This document shows, piece after piece, positions 59,405 to 64,000 of a DNA stretch of 64,000 nucleotides (positions are counted from its first letter, which is position 1; the number at the start of each line of letters is the position of its first letter). The notes under the pieces are model-generated. The model saw only the letters and a program-made list of their open reading frames with translations. It made no database searches and was not told the DNA's origin. A program made the translations under genes and the position numbers. The stretch spans positions 682,001-746,000 of the forward strand of contig CP060758.1 of the NCBI GenBank assembly GCA_023205875.1, in the 5' to 3' direction. The stretch comes from Chloropicon primus. Taxonomy: Eukaryota.

Positions 59405-61069
59405 ATGGTGTGGTATAGATCAGGTTGTGTCGACTGTCGGATGCATCAGGTTGTGTCCTCGAGGACGGCAGCAGGAGGGAGGAGTGTGCTGAGGTCGGCG
59501 AAGGCGCGGTTAACGAGTTGCAGAGGACCGAGGAGGGGAGGAGGAGTGCGAGGCGTGATGACCAGCGTGGAGGCTTACACCGCCCTGGCGGAGGAGCTGA
59601 AGGAAATCGATGCTCTTTCTGGGATAGACGCGATATTGGGCTGGGACGAGCTCGTCGTGATGAAAGAGAAGAGCGCGGAGTCGAGGGCCGCGCAAAAAGC
59701 GGCCCTGGCGAGCGTGATTCACCAGAGGCAGACGAGCGAGAGGCTCGGTGAGTTGATCTCGAGCGCGGAGCGGGAGGGCGGCCTGGACCCCATGCAGGAA
59801 GCGAGCGTGAGGGACGCTCGCTTGAAGTTCGACCGGAAGACGAGGATGCCAAAGGAGCTGGCCAAGCAGGAGGCGATCCTGGGGTCAGAGGGCTATCAGG
59901 CGTGGGCGAAGGCGCGCGAGAACGACGACTACGACAGCTTCAAGCCAGTCCTGTCGAAGATCGTCCAGCTCAGGATCGACGAGGCGAAGGCCGTGGCGCC
60001 GGAGAAGCTCCCGTACGACTACCAGATCGATAAGTTCGAGCGCGGAATGAAAGCCTCGAGGCTCGCCGAAATCTTCGAGACCGTGAAGGCTGGCCTGGTC
60101 CCGCTGATCGAGGAGATCACCAGCGCTCCCCAACTCTCCGTCGACGCGAGGTTGGCCGGAGGCGACGCCGCGCCAATCTTTGAGGTGGACAAGCAGGAGG
60201 CCCTCTGCGCTCAAGTCATGGAGCGTTTGGGGTTCGAGGGGATCCTGAACCGTTCCCTTCACCCGTTCACGGGCGGCACCGCGAGCGATGTCAGGATCAC
60301 CACGCGCTACGACGACAAGGACTTCATATCCGGAGTCGCCGGGCTCGTCCACGAGACGGGCCACGCGCTCTACGAGCAGAACAGGCCCGCTGGGGAGAAC
60401 CTCGGGATGCCAGTGTCCGAGGCCCTCAGCATGGGCATCCACGAGAGCATGTCCCTGCTCTTCGAGAGGATGGTCGGGCAATCCATGGAGTTCTGGACCT
60501 TCCTCCGCCCGATGGTCGCGGAAAGCTTTGAGTTCACGGAGAACTTGGAGGCGGAGGATTTCTACAAGGCCATCAACAAGGTCCAGAAGAGCCTGATCCG
60601 CGTGGACGCCGATGAGCTCACGTATCCGCTCCACATCATCATCAGGTTCGAGCTCGAGCAAGGGCTCTTCGACGGGTCGGTCACCGTCGACAACCTTCCA
60701 GACAAGTGGAGGGAGCTCTACAAGCAGTACCTCGGGATCGACGTCCCGAGCGACAAGGAGGGCGTCTTGCAGGACGTCCACTGGAGCAGCCTGGCTTTCG
60801 GCTACTTCCCTTCGTACACCCTGGGCGCCATGTACGCGTGCCAGTTCTTCCAGCACGCGGAGAAGAGCATCCCAAACCTCGGGGCTGAGATTGCCGAGGG
60901 GAACTTCGAGAGCCTCAGGGCCTGGCTGCGGGAAAACATACATTCCAAGGGATCCTTGTACCCCTCCGCGGACGAGCTGTGCGAGCACGTTACGGGCAAG
61001 CCGTTGGATCCGACCATTTACTTGGACTTCCTTCGCGCAAAGTACAGGAAGTTGTACAAGATGTCGTGA
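59405..61069 (+). CDS. M32 family metallocarboxypeptidase (Taq-like) with probable organellar transit peptide
   Basis: HPF, DVRITTRY, HETGHALYEQ, GIHESMS, IRVDADE, LQDVHW, GYFPSYTLG. Confidence 0.95.
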   Translation: MVWYRSGCVDCRMHQVVSSRTAAGGRSVLRSAKARLTSCRGPRRGGGVRGVMTSVEAYTALAEELKEIDALSGIDAILGWDELVVMKEKSAESRAAQKAALASVIHQRQTSERLGELISSAEREGGLDPMQEASVRDARLKFDRKTRMPKELAKQEAILGSEGYQAWAKARENDDYDSFKPVLSKIVQLRIDEAKAVAPEKLPYDYQIDKFERGMKASRLAEIFETVKAGLVPLIEEITSAPQLSVDARLAGGDAAPIFEVDKQEALCAQVMERLGFEGILNRSLHPFTGGTASDVRITTRYDDKDFISGVAGLVHETGHALYEQNRPAGENLGMPVSEALSMGIHESMSLLFERMVGQSMEFWTFLRPMVAESFEFTENLEAEDFYKAINKVQKSLIRVDADELTYPLHIIIRFELEQGLFDGSVTVDNLPDKWRELYKQYLGIDVPSDKEGVLQDVHWSSLAFGYFPSYTLGAMYACQFFQHAEKSIPNLGAEIAEGNFESLRAWLRENIHSKGSLYPSADELCEHVTGKPLDPTIYLDFLRAKYRKLYKMS

Positions 61070-61073
61070 GTGG

Positions 61074-61078
61074 TGTAA
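61074..61078 (+). terminator. TGTAA chlorophyte polyadenylation signal (representative; also 464, 3828, 9099, 11920, 15003, 25884, and minus strand at 32733, 43306)
   Basis: TGTAA recurs shortly after stop codons in the sense orientation; UGUAA is the known chlorophyte poly(A) signal. Confidence 0.7.
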
Positions 61079-61203
61079 TAATCCACTCTCTGATTACTTT
61101 TCTTTCAAATGGTGGTCCTCTTCCTCTCCCCCCTTCCTAATCGAGCCTTCCCGCCATTGCCTTCTCTTCCCGCCCAATTCTATCGACAGAACAGAACAGA
61201 ATC

Positions 61204-64000
61204 ATGGCGACAGGCCCGCCGAGGAGACGGCCCAAGTGTGCCCTGTGCGGGGAGGTGGGGGACTGCACGAGGGAGCTGACGAGCATAGGAGGCGTCCTTC
61301 AGTCGATAGGACCGCTGCTCGGACCCTTCCAGCATGACACGTACGTCCACAGGCTGTGCGCGTTGTGGAGCCCGGAGGTGTTCCACGAGAACGACAAGAT
61401 CAGGAACGTCATGGCAGCGGTGAAGAGGGGGAAGAAGCTGAGGTGCTCGTACTGCGGGATGAAGGGGGCGACGGTGGGGTGCTGCGTGGAGTGGTGCCAC
61501 AAGACGTACCACATCCGGTGCGCGGAGAAGGCTGGGTGCGAGATAAGCGCCTTGGAGTGGATCCTGTCCTGCCCGGAGCACTCGAGGAGGTTTCGGGCGC
61601 AGATACAGTCGAAGGCCGCGGCGACGTCGAGTGGGAAGGCGGACTCGGCGCCTCGGGGCAACGGGGCGGGTGCGGGGGCTCGGGGCCCGGCGGGGGGGTC
61701 CAGATTGGCGGGAGGGAAGAGGCCCAGGTCGCTTAACCCCCTCCAGTTCCTATTGGGGGACCAGGTGGACCGGGACGAGGAGTTGTGGCAGAAGAAGCAG
61801 CAGCTGCGGATACAGAGGGACATCAAGGCCCTGAAGCCTTACAACCTCGGGAGCCCCGCCTGTAAGAAAGTGACTGGGGAGTCGAAAGCGAGCGAGGCAC
61901 CGAGGGAAGAGAGGAGGGAGGACGCGGCGGGACCCTTTGGGGACACGCGCTGGGAGAGCGTGGGCGGGCACGAGGGGGTGAAGAGAGCGCTCAAGGAGTC
62001 CGTCCTGCTCCCCTTGATGTACCAGGATGAGTTCAGCAGCCTCAACCTGAGTTGCCCCAAGGGAATCTTGCTGCACGGAGAGCCGGGAACGGGGAAGACC
62101 ATGGTGGTGAGAGCTTTGGCCACGGAGTGCAACAAGTCAAGCCACATCAAGACGGTCTCCTTCTTCTCCCGCAAGGGGGCCGACCTGCTCGGGAAGTTTC
62201 AGGGCGAGGCGGAGAGGAAGCTTCGATTGCTCTTTCAAGAGGCGCAGAAGGCTTCCCCCTCCATCATTTTTTTCGACGAGCTTGACGGGATCGCGCCGGC
62301 TCGGGGGGGCAAGGTTTCGGATCAGATCCACACGAGCGTCGTGTCGACTCTCCTCAGTCTCATGGACGGCCTGGTGGACAGGGGGAAGGTCGTGGTCATA
62401 GCAGCCACGAACAGGGCGGACGCCATCGACCCCGCGCTGAGGAGGCCGGGCAGGTTCGACCGGGAGATTTACTTCCCTCTCCCCGATGTGGAGCAGAGGC
62501 TCAAAATTCTCGTGGCGTGCACGAGGAAGTGGGACGTGAGGCCAAGGGGCGCCGATCTGGAGAGAATGGCGGCGCTGACCGATGGCTTTGCCGGTGCTGA
62601 CTTGCAAAGTCTGTGCACGAACGCTGCCTTGGCGAGGCTGAGGAGAGAGTTCCCATCAATTTTGGAAGGGGTCGAGAACAACAGGAAGATTCCAGACTTC
62701 GAGTCAAGGCTGCAATCCATGGCCGTGGAGGAGAGGGACTTCATGTCCGCGTTCCAGAGCATCACAAAGGCCTGCTCTCATCGAACCGCGTCGGGAATGC
62801 TGTCGTCCAGCAAACTCAAAGCAATTCCATGTTTCATCCTCGATGCCATCTGGAGACCTTTGTACGGCGCCGTCTGCACCTTCAACAGGGACATCAACCC
62901 GGACGTCGTTCTGAACGCGAGGACGTCTTGGTCCTGCCCCCTGACAATCAAAAAGTACCTGGAAGAGGTTGGGGCCGTTTCCGACAGAATGATGGTAGGG
63001 GCAACCGAGGCAAAGATGATGTCCAAAGGAGGACAGTTGGCCCACGAATACGTGGCGGACACAAACATTCTTGTCTGTGGAGAGGTTTCCGCGAACGTGA
63101 TGGTTGCGGAGTCTGTGCTTTGCACCCTGTCTGGGTTTCACATCGCAAAGGTGTCTCTGCCCCAGGTCGTGCGTGAGGGTCACGAGAATGTCGCAGAGGG
63201 AATCATCAGCTTGACAAGGAAGGGGCTGAGCGCAGCAAAATCGGATCGCTTTGCCATCTATTGCCCAAACATCCATGATTGGCTGCATGCCGTCGAACCA
63301 GAGATGGAAGGGTTGGAGGAGCCCTTGGAGTGTACCCCGCCCCCTCAGGAGAATCTAGCTGTCTGGAACGCATTCATTCAAGCGTTGCACAACAAAGCGC
63401 CCAACTCCACGGTCGTGGTTATTGCGACATCAAAGGGCTCATCAGAGACCCTGCCGCCCAAGGTCCTGGGCTTCTTCCGAGATTCGAGTGGAAAAGGAAG
63501 GAGCAAGCGGATCGTAGAGACCGAAGCAATCAAGGGAAAGGGGGAATTCTTGTCCAAGTCCGCGTCAGAGTACCTGGTGTCTGTGACAAAGTTTCTGCTG
63601 AAATCCGCGGGAGACGCCCCGGAAGTCAGGAAGGAGATCCTTGAAAGCGCCAAGCCTGCAGAAAATTCGGGGGAGCAAGTGCACGCGGCCTCCGAAGGAA
63701 CAGAGAAGGAGCCACAGGATATGGATATCGCGAGAGACGTCGAGGGCCTGGAAAGCAAAGCCGCGGCTGGTGCTGAAGACGATCTTGCGGCTAGAGCAGA
63801 GGCAGATGGGACCTCCAAGGATGATGACGAGATCAGGGGAAACGAAGAGACTCCTCCCAGCTGTCTTTCCCCTGTAGAGAACAACGTCGAGGCGGTGGGT
63901 CCTGGGGACGGCGAGGTCGAGTTTTGCAAGGTTTCTTTGACTGGTGAGGCGAATGTTCAGTGCGACAAGTGCTCGGCCAGAATTCAAACAAAGTGCCTCG
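61204..64000 (+). CDS. Extended-PHD finger + ATAD2-like AAA+ ATPase, 3'-truncated by window
   Basis: My translation: CALC...VHRLCALWSPEV...CSYC...GATVGC...YHIRCA...CPEH, then WESVGG, GEPGTGKT, RKGADLLGK, IIFFDELDG, DPALRRPGRFDRE. Missing from the ORF track because it has no stop in the window. Confidence 0.9.
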   Translation, partial: MATGPPRRRPKCALCGEVGDCTRELTSIGGVLQSIGPLLGPFQHDTYVHRLCALWSPEVFHENDKIRNVMAAVKRGKKLRCSYCGMKGATVGCCVEWCHKTYHIRCAEKAGCEISALEWILSCPEHSRRFRAQIQSKAAATSSGKADSAPRGNGAGAGARGPAGGSRLAGGKRPRSLNPLQFLLGDQVDRDEELWQKKQQLRIQRDIKALKPYNLGSPACKKVTGESKASEAPREERREDAAGPFGDTRWESVGGHEGVKRALKESVLLPLMYQDEFSSLNLSCPKGILLHGEPGTGKTMVVRALATECNKSSHIKTVSFFSRKGADLLGKFQGEAERKLRLLFQEAQKASPSIIFFDELDGIAPARGGKVSDQIHTSVVSTLLSLMDGLVDRGKVVVIAATNRADAIDPALRRPGRFDREIYFPLPDVEQRLKILVACTRKWDVRPRGADLERMAALTDGFAGADLQSLCTNAALARLRREFPSILEGVENNRKIPDFESRLQSMAVEERDFMSAFQSITKACSHRTASGMLSSSKLKAIPCFILDAIWRPLYGAVCTFNRDINPDVVLNARTSWSCPLTIKKYLEEVGAVSDRMMVGATEAKMMSKGGQLAHEYVADTNILVCGEVSANVMVAESVLCTLSGFHIAKVSLPQVVREGHENVAEGIISLTRKGLSAAKSDRFAIYCPNIHDWLHAVEPEMEGLEEPLECTPPPQENLAVWNAFIQALHNKAPNSTVVVIATSKGSSETLPPKVLGFFRDSSGKGRSKRIVETEAIKGKGEFLSKSASEYLVSVTKFLLKSAGDAPEVRKEILESAKPAENSGEQVHAASEGTEKEPQDMDIARDVEGLESKAAAGAEDDLAARAEADGTSKDDDEIRGNEETPPSCLSPVENNVEAVGPGDGEVEFCKVSLTGEANVQCDKCSARIQTKCL

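Overview
Eukaryotic nuclear DNA from a very compact, GC-rich, intron-poor green alga. Evidence: GT-AG introns with CTGAC/CTAAT branch points, TGTAA poly(A) signals typical of Chlorophyta, and carotenoid and ascorbate enzymes. A Chloropicon-like picoalga is my inference. There are about 31 protein-coding genes, mostly in divergent or convergent pairs with tiny spacers: RPL27, RPS5, HlyIII/PAQR, YOS1, ABC1 kinase, ABCB half-transporter, CYP97C, UFSP2, AP endonuclease, MED28, TIMELESS, ER DnaJ, His-phosphatase, GLDH, PQ-loop protein, MON1, CofE-like ligase, eIF3m, RBP45/47, RPB6, TTLL, BK-like K+ channel, GT29, a FAP42-like calpain/GK/ADK giant, a BAH-DYAD protein, a GST-fused AlaRS, an M32 carboxypeptidase, a PHD-AAA ATPase, and three unknowns. 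No rRNA, tRNA, CRISPR or transposase was seen. The most notable points are: (1) an EF1Bgamma-type GST domain fused to alanyl-tRNA synthetase; (2) a conserved 32-bp non-coding element found three times upstream of genes; (3) a hairpin-dense 251-bp segment flanked by 13-bp direct repeats; (4) the MED28 intron and last exon encoded antisense within the TIMELESS coding end; (5) a BAH + DYAD/AM1 fusion next to flagellar-type genes. All family assignments come from motif recognition by eye, not database searches.
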